In this document: positions 20,062-28,315 of the stretch, piece after piece
How the letters are laid out: each line of letters opens with the position of its first letter
Numbering within the stretch: the stretch's first letter is position 1
Source of the DNA: Alphaproteobacteria bacterium
Lineage (GTDB): Bacteria > Pseudomonadota > Alphaproteobacteria > CAAHEQ01 > UBA3637
Assembly: GCA_045635125.1 (NCBI GenBank)
Contig: JAZRBO010000093.1
Span: 1 to 34,913 of the forward strand
Reading direction: 5' to 3'
Length of the DNA: 34,913 nt
Translations under genes and position numbers: made by a program
Notes under the pieces: generated by a model
Told to the model about the DNA's origin: nothing
What the model saw: only the letters and a program-made list of their open reading frames with translations
Databases searched by the model: none

Positions 20062-22587
20062 ATGAATCTAGAACAATTGACAGACAGATCTAAAGGCTTT
20101 TTGCAATCCGCTCAAAGTTTGGCAGCTCGTTTATCAAGCCCGTATATTGTGCCAGCTCATTTATTGCGAGTGATGTTGGATGATAGACAAGGGTTGGCTT
20201 CTCAGTTATTAACGCAAAGTGGGGCTAATCCTGATGAGATTGGGCGGCGTGTAGATGAAGAGTTAGATAAATTACCTAGAGTATCTGGTTCATCCGTTCA
20301 AGTGTCTGCGTCTCAGGAGTTGTTGCAGGTTTTAGATCGGGCTGAGCAGATGGCTCATAAAGCTAAAGATGCCTATGTGACGGTAGAACGTTTATTGCAA
20401 TCTCTTTTGATGAACCAAAACTATGGTGTCGATTTGAAACAATTAAACGATGTTATTAATAAAATGCGGCAGGGTCGTACAGCTGAAACTCCGACTGCAG
20501 AAGATACTTTTGATGCTCTCAAACGATATGCGATAGATTTTACGGAGCGGGCAAGACAGGGTAAATTAGATCCTGTTATTGGTCGAGATGAAGAAATTCG
20601 TCATACGATACAGGTTTTATCCCGCCGGACTAAAAACAATCCGATTTTAATAGGGGAACCCGGTGTTGGTAAAACAGCTATCGTTGAAGGGTTAGCATTG
20701 CGTATTATAAACGGAGATGTTCCCGAAAGTTTGGCTAATAAACGATTGATGGCCTTGGATATGGGGGCGTTAATTGCCGGCGCGAAGTACCGAGGCGAAT
20801 TTGAAGAACGCTTAAAGGCTGTTTTGCAAGAGGTAGCTACTTCTAACGGTAGTGTGATTTTATTTATTGATGAAATGCACACGGTTGTTGGTGCTGGGGC
20901 AGGAGAGGGGTCTATGGATGCTTCCAATTTGTTAAAGCCTGCATTGGCTAGGGGCGAGTTGCATTGTGTTGGTGCGACAACATTAAAAGAATACCAAAAA
21001 TACATTGAAAAAGATGCGGCTTTTGCTCGTCGGTTTCAACCAGTTTATATTAGGGAACCCGCTGTTGAAGAAACGATCTCTATTTTGCGAGGTATTAAAG
21101 AAAAATATGAGATTCACCATGGGGTTCGTATTTCTGATGCTGCGTTGGTGGCGGCGGCCGTTATGTCGAATCGCTATATTGCCGATCGCTTTTTGCCGGA
21201 TAAAGCAATTGATTTGATGGATGAAGCGGCTAGTAAATTAAAAATGGATCTGGATTCCAAGCCAGAATCATTGGATGAGTTGGATCGTAAGTTGTTGCAG
21301 CTGAAAATAGAGCGGGAAGCTTTGCGTAAAGAGCAGGATAAAGCTTCTCAGGAACGATTGGCAGTTATTGAATCCAGTATTTCAAAGATGGAGAAAGAAT
21401 CTGCTGATCAAACGGCAGAATGGCAAACAACAAAGAACAGTGTTCACGATGCAAATACATTACGTGAAAAGATTGATAAGGCTAAAATAGAGATTGAAAA
21501 AGCTTTTCGGGATGGTAATTATGATTTAGCTGGACGGTTGCAGTATAAAGATATTCCCGAAATGCAGGCTCGTTTGGCAGAGTTGGATCGTCTGAATCAA
21601 CAACACAGTACGTTGGAAACTGTAACGCCGGATTTAATTGCCGGTGTTGTATCCAAATGGACGGGAATTCCGGTTGATAAGTTGATGAGCTCAGAGCGAG
21701 AAAAGTTATTAAATATCGAAAAAGATTTAGCTCGTCGTGTCGTAGGGCAGGATATGGCTATTACAGCCGTGGCGAATGCTGTTCGTCGGTCTCGTGCTGG
21801 CTTAAAAGATCCCAATCGTCCGATAGGATCCTTTCTCTTTTTAGGGCCGACAGGTGTTGGTAAGACGGAATTGGCTAAGGCGTTGGCAACCTTCTTATTT
21901 GATGAAGAGTCGGCCTATATTCGAATAGATATGTCTGAATATATGGAAAAACATGCAGTGGCTCGTTTAATTGGGGCGCCTCCGGGGTATGTCGGTTATG
22001 ATGAAGGTGGTGTGTTAACAGAAGCGGTTCGTCGTCGTCCATATCAAGTTATTTTGTTTGATGAGGTGGAAAAAGCTCATCCCGATGTTTTTAACTTGTT
22101 ATTGCAGATTTTAGATGAGGGACGTTTAACGGATAGTAAGGGACGGATGGTTGATTTTAAAAATACCTTTATTATTTTGACATCCAACTTGATTGTTAAT
22201 GAAAAAGAAAAGGATATGATGTCTAAGTTAAAGACATTCTTTAAGCCAGAATTTCTCAATCGATTAGATGAAATCATACGGTTTCAAGCTTTGAAAAAAG
22301 AGGATATCCGTCAAATCGTTGATATTCAAATAAGTCGATTACAACATCGCTTAGATGAACACGGCATCAAATTACATTTGGATGATAAAGCTAAAGATTG
22401 GTTGGCAGAAAACGGATACGATTCTGAATTTGGTGCCCGTCCATTAAAGCGCCTTATTCAACAGGAAGTTGAAAATCCGTTAGCTATTGAACTGCTCTCG
22501 GGCAAAGTTTCTGATAATGTAACGGTTAATGTGTCAGTTAAAAATAATCGTCTGATGTTATCTGTTCAAAACAAAGATAAGGGGTAA
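20062..22587 (+). CDS. clpB: ATP-dependent chaperone/disaggregase ClpB
   Basis: Clp N-domain, two AAA+ modules (Walker A GEPGVGKT and GPTGVGKT) and a long middle coiled coil between them. Confidence 0.97.
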   Translation: MNLEQLTDRSKGFLQSAQSLAARLSSPYIVPAHLLRVMLDDRQGLASQLLTQSGANPDEIGRRVDEELDKLPRVSGSSVQVSASQELLQVLDRAEQMAHKAKDAYVTVERLLQSLLMNQNYGVDLKQLNDVINKMRQGRTAETPTAEDTFDALKRYAIDFTERARQGKLDPVIGRDEEIRHTIQVLSRRTKNNPILIGEPGVGKTAIVEGLALRIINGDVPESLANKRLMALDMGALIAGAKYRGEFEERLKAVLQEVATSNGSVILFIDEMHTVVGAGAGEGSMDASNLLKPALARGELHCVGATTLKEYQKYIEKDAAFARRFQPVYIREPAVEETISILRGIKEKYEIHHGVRISDAALVAAAVMSNRYIADRFLPDKAIDLMDEAASKLKMDLDSKPESLDELDRKLLQLKIEREALRKEQDKASQERLAVIESSISKMEKESADQTAEWQTTKNSVHDANTLREKIDKAKIEIEKAFRDGNYDLAGRLQYKDIPEMQARLAELDRLNQQHSTLETVTPDLIAGVVSKWTGIPVDKLMSSEREKLLNIEKDLARRVVGQDMAITAVANAVRRSRAGLKDPNRPIGSFLFLGPTGVGKTELAKALATFLFDEESAYIRIDMSEYMEKHAVARLIGAPPGYVGYDEGGVLTEAVRRRPYQVILFDEVEKAHPDVFNLLLQILDEGRLTDSKGRMVDFKNTFIILTSNLIVNEKEKDMMSKLKTFFKPEFLNRLDEIIRFQALKKEDIRQIVDIQISRLQHRLDEHGIKLHLDDKAKDWLAENGYDSEFGARPLKRLIQQEVENPLAIELLSGKVSDNVTVNVSVKNNRLMLSVQNKDKG

Positions 22588-22647
22588 TTCTTTCTTCTTG
22601 CTAAACATTAGGATGTATGATATCTTTCTGTGTCTAGGAGGACTGGG

Positions 22648-23058
22648 ATGTCACATAGTACACGAAAAATAGCAGCGGTTTTTATTTTTAAAGAAGGCGA
22701 TAAATATCTGTTTCAAAAACGGACGAATACGGGTGCGTGTGATGGATATTATATGCTTCCAGGGGGCCATATTGAAGACGGAGAAACTGTTCGTGAAGGT
22801 GGTGTGCGGGAGTTGTATGAAGAATTAGGAATCACTGTGGCGCCGGATGATTTAGAACTGAAATTGGTTATTTCTGGACAAACACACGTCTATTTCTTCT
22901 TTATGGTTAAAAAATATATAGGGACGATTACGAATAAAGAGCCCGATAAACACGGAGATTTATCATTTTTACCTTTGACAGCACCTGATTTATATCCCTC
23001 TGTCCCCAAAGAATTAATGGCAATAGAATCCGGTATTACCTTTTTGGAATATAGGTAG
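22648..23058 (+). CDS. NUDIX hydrolase
   Basis: Nudix box GGHIEDGETVREGGVRELYEELGI. ATG 22648 follows an aggagg RBS. Confidence 0.8.
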   Translation: MSHSTRKIAAVFIFKEGDKYLFQKRTNTGACDGYYMLPGGHIEDGETVREGGVRELYEELGITVAPDDLELKLVISGQTHVYFFFMVKKYIGTITNKEPDKHGDLSFLPLTAPDLYPSVPKELMAIESGITFLEYR

Positions 23059-23095
23059 TATTTTTTATTTTTTTTGTAGGTGATTGTTAAAATTA

Positions 23096-23124
23096 TTGAC
23101 AAAATTAACATCTTGTGATATAAT
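23096..23124 (+). promoter_or_regulatory. Consensus extended -10 sigma70 promoter for the ankyrin gene
   Basis: ttgaca, 17-nt spacer ending in tga, tataat. Confidence 0.6.
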
Positions 23125-23168
23125 TGTCACTATGTTTTATTTTGATTGTTGGGAAAGGAAAATAAAAA

Positions 23169-23783
23169 ATGAATAGTGTATGGGAAAAAATAGATTGGTC
23201 TTTAAATCGAGAAGATGTTTTGAAAGAAACGATAAAGTTAATTAAAGCTGGCGCCGATGTAAATGCTAAGTGCGAAGATGGTGAACCACCTTTATTGAAG
23301 GCTATTTTTAGTGGGCACCAAGAATGTGCCATACAATTAATTAAAGCCGGTGCTGATGTGAATGCTAAGGATGAATGTGGCGAAACGGCCTTGATGTATG
23401 CTGCTGAGGAAGGTCAGGCAGAGTGTGTTGCTCAGTTAATTAAAGCCGGCGCTGATGTGAATGCTAAGGATGAAGAAGGAAAAACAGCCTTAATGTATGC
23501 TGCTGAAGAAGGTTATACCGAATGTGTTGAACAATTAATTGAGGCGGGTGCTGATGTGAATGCAAAGGATAGATTTGGCGAAACGGTCTTGATGTATGCT
23601 GCTGAAGGACACACGGAATGTGCGTGTATAATAAATCATGCTATTGCAAATCGAAAGAGGGCTCAAGTAATCAAGGATAAATTGCGTGCATCACAAAAAA
23701 AGATTATTCCTGATATAAAAAATCGATTGAAGGTTCGTTCTATTATTGCAAAACGAATGAATGAACGTGAACGCGAAAGATAA
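23169..23783 (+). CDS. Ankyrin-repeat protein (four consecutive 33-aa ANK units plus a basic tail)
   Basis: Repeated LIKAGADVNAKDE.GETALMYAAEEG..ECV.Q units. Confidence 0.9.
   Translation: MNSVWEKIDWSLNREDVLKETIKLIKAGADVNAKCEDGEPPLLKAIFSGHQECAIQLIKAGADVNAKDECGETALMYAAEEGQAECVAQLIKAGADVNAKDEEGKTALMYAAEEGYTECVEQLIEAGADVNAKDRFGETVLMYAAEGHTECACIINHAIANRKRAQVIKDKLRASQKKIIPDIKNRLKVRSIIAKRMNERERER
23238..23633 (+). repeat. Four tandem 99-bp coding repeats (ANK units)
   Basis: Units start at 23238, 23337, 23436 and 23535, each opening with ttaatt(a/g)a(a/g)gc. The middle two are very similar at the DNA level. Confidence 0.85.
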
Positions 23784-23801
23784 TTTTTTCTTAACAATTT
23801 T

Positions 23802-23836
23802 TAACCTCGGTTGTCATTTAATCGAGGTTATTTTTT
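23802..23836 (+). terminator. Rho-independent terminator after the ankyrin gene
   Basis: taacctcg / cgaggtta stem, 13-nt loop, T6. Confidence 0.65.
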
Positions 23837-23933
23837 ACCCACCTGAATATACAAATCTGATTTTGTTTTTGTGTGAACTATATTAAAAGTATAAAAAAAC
23901 CTACTTAACACAAAGGTTAAATAGGAAATTGGT

Positions 23934-23960
23934 GGTGTTACTTGATTTTTGAACGAAAAG
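23934..23960. repeat. Left copy of a perfect 27-bp inverted repeat
   Basis: ggtgttacttgatttttgaacgaaaag. Its exact reverse complement is at 25318-25344. Confidence 0.95.
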
Positions 23961-24020
23961 CAGGCATTTGTCCTTTGCTTTTGGGGCATTTTGCGAATGA
24001 ATAGTATGCAAAATAAATCC

Positions 24021-24049
24021 TTGACTTTTGAAGTAATTTGTGTTATAAT
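24021..24049 (+). promoter_or_regulatory. Consensus extended -10 sigma70 promoter of the cassette
   Basis: ttgact, 17-nt spacer ending in tgt, tataat. Confidence 0.7.
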
Positions 24050-24055
24050 CCACTT

Positions 24056-24125
24056 CAGTTAACAGGGAAAACTATGCCCTGTTTTTTTATTGCCCATAGG
24101 GAATGAAACCTTATGGGCTTTTTTA
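24056..24125 (+). promoter_or_regulatory. Structured 5' leader or small RNA with two tandem terminator-like hairpins
   Basis: Hairpin 1 (24062-24082) is acaggg / ccctgt followed by T7. Hairpin 2 (24092-24118) is gcccatagg / cc(t)tatgggc followed by T6. Both lie between the promoter and the first start codon. Confidence 0.45.
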
Positions 24126-24147
24126 TTATTAAATGAAAGGAAAACAA

Positions 24148-24807
24148 ATGAAATTAAATATTATTGTTTCAGATTACACTTATATGAAAGACACTTATTG
24201 TATCGCAGGATGGAGTCCTAGCGAACAGCGCATGCGCAGATTGATGATTAATGGGCATCATTGGTCTGAAGAAGAAGCAAAACAAGTAAAAGGGCATTCA
24301 TGTATTCAAGTTGAAACAATGTCAATCCCACCAGAGGAAGGTCGCGATTATCCTCACAAAAAGGAAGATACTTGGATTTCTGAAAATATTATACCTCTAT
24401 ATCATTACGATACACCCGCAGATCTTGCTTATGAATTAGAAGGCAGTTTATCAAAGAATATAGCTAGTGTTTTCTCAGGTCATCTAAAAGATAATTCATA
24501 TGTTTTGCCCGGAACAAAATGTGCATCTTTGGGGGCGATTAAAGTTCCGGCTCAAAACTTGGAATTTTATAAGGATAGTGAAAATAAGTTACGCATTAAA
24601 ATTTGGGACAATAATGGAGAAAAGTATGATTTACGTATTACATGTCGTTATTTAAGAGATGTTTTAGACAAGATGAATGGCCTAAAAAAATTAAACGAAC
24701 AACTAAAAGAAATGACTTTTGCTCATGTACGAGTTGGATTGGCAAAACCTTATTACAAACAAAACAATCATTGCTTTTTAATGTGTAATGGTGTATTCTT
24801 ATATTAA
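24148..24807 (+). CDS. Hypothetical protein, no family recognised (first gene of the inverted-repeat-bounded cassette)
   Basis: I prefer ATG 24148 (aaagga 7 nt upstream); ATG 24133 is the alternative. I see no nucleotide-binding or catalytic motif. The N-terminal pattern (IIVSDYTYMKDTYCIAGW) and C-terminal pattern (VRVGLAKPY...CFLMCNG) suggest a beta-rich, possibly OB-like fold, which is a guess only. The gap to the next gene is 12 nt. Confidence 0.7.
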   Translation: MKLNIIVSDYTYMKDTYCIAGWSPSEQRMRRLMINGHHWSEEEAKQVKGHSCIQVETMSIPPEEGRDYPHKKEDTWISENIIPLYHYDTPADLAYELEGSLSKNIASVFSGHLKDNSYVLPGTKCASLGAIKVPAQNLEFYKDSENKLRIKIWDNNGEKYDLRITCRYLRDVLDKMNGLKKLNEQLKEMTFAHVRVGLAKPYYKQNNHCFLMCNGVFLY

Positions 24808-24819
24808 GAAAGGAAAACG

Positions 24820-25245
24820 ATGCGTCTTTATACAATTGGTTTTACTGGGAAATCTGCCAGAGAGTTTTTTACCATTTTAAAACACTCTGATGTTAAGAAA
24901 GTGATTGATGTTCGCTTGTGGCCCAATACTCAATTATCTGGATTTTCAAAATCAGAAGATTTAGCTTTCTTTTTAAAAGTCCTGTGCCATATTGATTATG
25001 AACATAGAAAAGACTTTGCCCCAACAGCTACACTTCTACGGGATTATAAAGACGGGCGTGTTACTTGGGATGATTATGTTGTGCAATATGATAGTATTTG
25101 TCATGCACGTTATTTTACCTTAACGCCAGATATGGATAACTGGTGTTTTTTATGTGCAGAACCGACACCTGAAAAATGCCATCGGCGATTGCTGGTGGAA
25201 TATTTGGCAAAGCAAGGACAGAATGTGGAAATTGTGCATTTGTAA
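24820..25245 (+). CDS. DUF488-family protein
   Basis: N-terminus MRLYTIGFTGKSAREFF...VIDVR and C-terminal CAEPTPEKCHRRLL match the DUF488 (YeaO-like) pattern as I remember it. RBS aaagga. Confidence 0.8.
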   Translation: MRLYTIGFTGKSAREFFTILKHSDVKKVIDVRLWPNTQLSGFSKSEDLAFFLKVLCHIDYEHRKDFAPTATLLRDYKDGRVTWDDYVVQYDSICHARYFTLTPDMDNWCFLCAEPTPEKCHRRLLVEYLAKQGQNVEIVHL

Positions 25246-25317
25246 TTATGATGACCTTAAAAATTTTCTGGGATGATCAAAAAAGTGTGTATGATTTGGG
25301 TGTGATGCGATTACTTA

Positions 25318-25344
25318 CTTTTCGTTCAAAAATCAAGTAACACC
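25318..25344. repeat. Right copy of the perfect 27-bp inverted repeat
   Basis: cttttcgttcaaaaatcaagtaacacc, the reverse complement of 23934-23960. Confidence 0.95.
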
Positions 25345-25374
25345 CTGCATACAATAGTATGCAGGTGATTTTTT
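25344..25374 (+). terminator. Rho-independent terminator abutting the right inverted repeat
   Basis: 9-bp stem cctgcatac / gtatgcagg, loop aata, then tga plus T6. Confidence 0.7.
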
Positions 25375-25544
25375 CATTTTCTACGGAAACTAGCATATAT
25401 TCATTTACTTTTGGCCCTTTTTGTAAATGACTTGTATGCAAAAATAGTGTTGCTTATCGTCAAAAATGCGCCTTTTCAAAATATAAGTTGATAAATCTGT
25501 CAATAAGAGCATGTATGGTGATGTCTCAATTGAAAGGAGAACAC

Positions 25545-25640
25545 ATGGAAAAACAACTTAAACTCCTGGTACAAATCATCCTGCCAACTCTCTTAACCGT
25601 ATTGAAAAATAAGAAAATCAAAAAACGCCACCCAAGTTGA
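25545..25640 (+). CDS. Candidate 31-aa hydrophobic/basic peptide (type I toxin-like or small membrane protein)
   Basis: aaaggag lies 7 nt upstream of the ATG. The translation is MEKQLKLLVQIILPTLLTVLKNKKIKKRHPS. A 7-bp hairpin at 25642-25662 follows directly. Confidence 0.4.
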   Translation: MEKQLKLLVQIILPTLLTVLKNKKIKKRHPS

Positions 25641-25944
25641 TGTACTTTTTATGCCAAAGTACCGATTTGTTTTCTGCCATTCTTCCGGTCAAGATTCTGC
25701 TAAATCACCGTTTTTGGCTCTTTTTTAGATATTCCAAAAACGCCTGACATCCTTCATAAATATCCCAATAGGATTCGTCAAAATTTCCGGCGTACCAAAG
25801 CTCACCTAGACTTTTTTCTTGATTTTATTGGCCCCTTACCAGCCTAAGTTCGTGTTCTGTATACTAAAAAAATAAAAACGCAACATAGTCACTTATTTAC
25901 TCATAACCTAAACATTCTCCAAGCAGAAATTTTATATAGATTAT

Positions 25945-26472
25945 TTAATATGGGATATTACTAAATAGCATATCTCGTCCTGAATAGTTCCAATAACGAA
26001 TATCTTGCTCAATGAATAACCATTTCAGGACTTTTATAATCATTTCGGCAGAAAACCGTCCAGACGTAAAATTGAGTGAGAGTAATTGTGCATCAGTAAT
26101 TTCTTGGCATTGGTAAATTTTTTTAATGTAAGTATATAACGTTGAATACAACGTTGGTTCAGTATTTTTCTTTGCAATTAAATCATTTAGAATATCTTGA
26201 TGTTTTGGTGCATTTCGTTTTCTTCCAGATGTGGAAAAACTAATATTTTCTACACAAACAAGAAAATCAAAGCCATTGTGAAGAAAAGCGGGTCTTCTTA
26301 AGTAAATTCTATTACCATCACTGAGGGTTTCGACATAGTAAGTATATCTGCTTGCTAAGTTTTGTTTACCTCTCCCCTTTGCCTCCTGTGAAAATTTTTC
26401 GACAACTCTCATCCTGACTTCATTTGGAGTTCCTAGATTGCTAAAATTACATGTGGTGTTATATTCAGCCAT
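25945..26472 (-). CDS. Hypothetical 175-aa protein transcribed divergently from the DpnII-type operon
   Basis: ATG 26472 has an aaggaagg RBS (MAEYNTTCNF...). The ORF-track start at 26556 adds 28 unlikely residues. I recognise no motif. Confidence 0.65.
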   Translation of the reverse strand: MAEYNTTCNFSNLGTPNEVRMRVVEKFSQEAKGRGKQNLASRYTYYVETLSDGNRIYLRRPAFLHNGFDFLVCVENISFSTSGRKRNAPKHQDILNDLIAKKNTEPTLYSTLYTYIKKIYQCQEITDAQLLSLNFTSGRFSAEMIIKVLKWLFIEQDIRYWNYSGRDMLFSNIPY

Positions 26473-26591
26473 AAAATACCTTCCTTTACGAAGAAATAGT
26501 AGCACGTGGCAAATATTTTTACAATAAAAATTTATTTTGCTTGCTATAATTTTCAAATAAGCCTATACTCATTTTTGACCTAGGATACAAA

Positions 26592-27527
26592 ATGAATAAT
26601 GCATTAATTTTAAATGAAGACTATTTAGAGTTTCATGCAAAGCCTGTTTTAAAGTGGGCTGGTGGCAAAGGCATGCTCCTGCCTCAAATCACAGAATATT
26701 TACCTACAAAATTAAAGTTCGGGGCCATTAAGCGTTATGTTGAGCCATTTGTAGGTGGTGGTGCTGTTTTCTTTGAATTGGCAAATAACTATAATCTTGA
26801 GGATGCTTATCTGTTTGATGTTAATCCCGAACTGGTTATACTTTATAACGTAATCAAAAATAACGTTGAAGACTTGATTGCTGAGTTATCAACTTTGCAA
26901 CAAGCCTATAACGAAGCTCAGGATAAAACTGCCTTCTATTATGCTATTCGCGATGAGTATAACCATTTTGATAAAAATGTGGATGCAAATAAATATACAA
27001 CCAGTTTTATCAGACGGGCTGCTTTGACTGTTTGCTTAAATAGGACTTGCTTTAATGGCTTGTTTAGGGTTAATTCAAAGGGGCTGTTTAATGTTCCGGT
27101 CGGAAAGTACAAGAATCCGCGAATTTTAGATGAAAGCAATCTAAGAGAAGTCTCAAAAGCCCTGCAGTGCGCAACAATACTGCAAACAGATTTTGCTTCT
27201 GCTTTAGATTATGTAACTTCAGACACTTTTATATATTATGACCCACCGTATCGGCCGATTAACGCTAGTTCGTTTAACTCTTATGCAGTTGGTGATTTTG
27301 ACGATGATGAGCAAAGACGTTTGAAAGATGTCTTCGCTAAGGCTAATGAGATGGGGGCATTGCAAATGCTCAGTAACTCTGATCCGACTAATTACAATCC
27401 TAAAGATATGTTCTTTGATAGTTTATATCGTGATTATAAGATTTATAGAATTTGGGCAAAGAGAATGATAAATGCCGATCCGAATGGTCGCAATGGTGTA
27501 AGGGAACTTTTAATTACGAACTATTGA
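26592..27527 (+). CDS. dpnM: Dam-type (alpha-class) N6-adenine DNA methyltransferase, DpnM-like (GATC)
   Basis: KWAGGK, SAM motif EPFVGGGAV, catalytic YYDPPY, and first position in a DpnII-type three-gene operon. Confidence 0.88.
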   Translation: MNNALILNEDYLEFHAKPVLKWAGGKGMLLPQITEYLPTKLKFGAIKRYVEPFVGGGAVFFELANNYNLEDAYLFDVNPELVILYNVIKNNVEDLIAELSTLQQAYNEAQDKTAFYYAIRDEYNHFDKNVDANKYTTSFIRRAALTVCLNRTCFNGLFRVNSKGLFNVPVGKYKNPRILDESNLREVSKALQCATILQTDFASALDYVTSDTFIYYDPPYRPINASSFNSYAVGDFDDDEQRRLKDVFAKANEMGALQMLSNSDPTNYNPKDMFFDSLYRDYKIYRIWAKRMINADPNGRNGVRELLITNY

Positions 27528-27529
27528 GA

Positions 27530-28315
27530 ATGAAAGAGATTTATAATTTATATTGTGCCGATTGTATTAAAAAATTAAAAGATTTCCCTGAAAACACTTT
27601 TGATATGATTTTTGCTGACCCGCCTTATATGCTTTCTAATGGTGGTATTAGTTGTCAAAACGGACGTGTTGTTTCTGTTAATAAAGGTGATTGGGATGAG
27701 AGCAAAGGTTTCAAAGAAGATTTTAAATTTCACAAGAAATGGTTGTCGGCATGTAAGCGCGTTTTGAAACCAAATGGGACTTTATGGGTATCCGGAACCT
27801 ATCACAGCATTTTTCAATGCGGTTTTGCTATGCAATTACTAGGTTATCATATTTTAAATGATATTTCATGGTTTAAGCCTAATGCCAGTCCGAATATGTC
27901 TTGTCGTTATTTCACAGCCAGTCATGAAACCTTGATTTGGGCCAGAAAAGATAAGAAGTCGCGGCACTATTTTAATTATGATGCAATGAAAGACGGAGAT
28001 TTCCCGAAAGACTTTATTAAAAAGCCTCACTCGCAAATGAGAAGTGTTTGGTCTATCGGAACACCTACACCAAGTGAAAAACAATTTGGGAAGCACCCGA
28101 CCCAAAAGCCTTTGGAGTTGTTGGAACGAATCATTCTCGCTTCAACAAAGGAAAATGACCTGATTTTGGATCCGTTTATGGGAAGTGGCACAACCGGAGT
28201 AGCCGCTATGAAATTAGGCCGGCAATTTATCGGAATCGAAAAGAATCCGGAATTTATTGTGTTGGCGGATAAAAGGATTTTTGATGCGTATCAACATAAG
28301 GAGAATAAAGAATGA
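27530..28315 (+). CDS. dpnA: Beta-class N6-adenine DNA methyltransferase, DpnA-like
   Basis: N-terminal catalytic FADPPY and C-terminal SAM motif DPFMGSGTTGVAA. ATG 27530 lies 2 nt after the dpnM stop. The stop overlaps the next start (ATGA). Confidence 0.85.
   Translation: MKEIYNLYCADCIKKLKDFPENTFDMIFADPPYMLSNGGISCQNGRVVSVNKGDWDESKGFKEDFKFHKKWLSACKRVLKPNGTLWVSGTYHSIFQCGFAMQLLGYHILNDISWFKPNASPNMSCRYFTASHETLIWARKDKKSRHYFNYDAMKDGDFPKDFIKKPHSQMRSVWSIGTPTPSEKQFGKHPTQKPLELLERIILASTKENDLILDPFMGSGTTGVAAMKLGRQFIGIEKNPEFIVLADKRIFDAYQHKENKE

Noticed and set aside
20601-21005. 134-aa minus-strand ORF, plus other nested ORFs inside clpB, leuS, lptCA, rarA and the ABC gene
   Set aside because: All lie inside confidently identified genes on the other strand or frame, with no independent support.
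23238-23633. Regularly spaced repeats as a possible CRISPR array
   Set aside because: The 99-bp units are contiguous, in-frame and encode ankyrin repeats. No repeat-spacer architecture exists anywhere in the window.
23784-23933. Search for an island border signature (tRNA gene, integrase, att-like direct repeats) at the core/island junction
   Set aside because: I found nothing convincing, only a weak imperfect hairpin (cctacttaac / gttaaatagg). The distal border lies outside the window.
25248-25340. 30-codon ORF (MMTLKIFWDDQKSVYDLGVMRLLTFRSKIK) starting 2 nt after the DUF488 stop and reading through the right inverted repeat
   Set aside because: It has no RBS. Its end is dictated by the repeat sequence itself: the left repeat gives only a 9-codon mini-ORF on the other strand. 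It is probably fortuitous.
27452-27529. Upstream start for the DpnA-like methylase (ORF-track start 27452); similarly 33668 for SIR2, 26556 for the 175-aa gene, and 32709, 14789, 9406, 5330, 18790 and 22630
   Set aside because: These extensions overlap upstream genes or add residues absent from the family pattern. Internal ATGs with Shine-Dalgarno sequences fit better.
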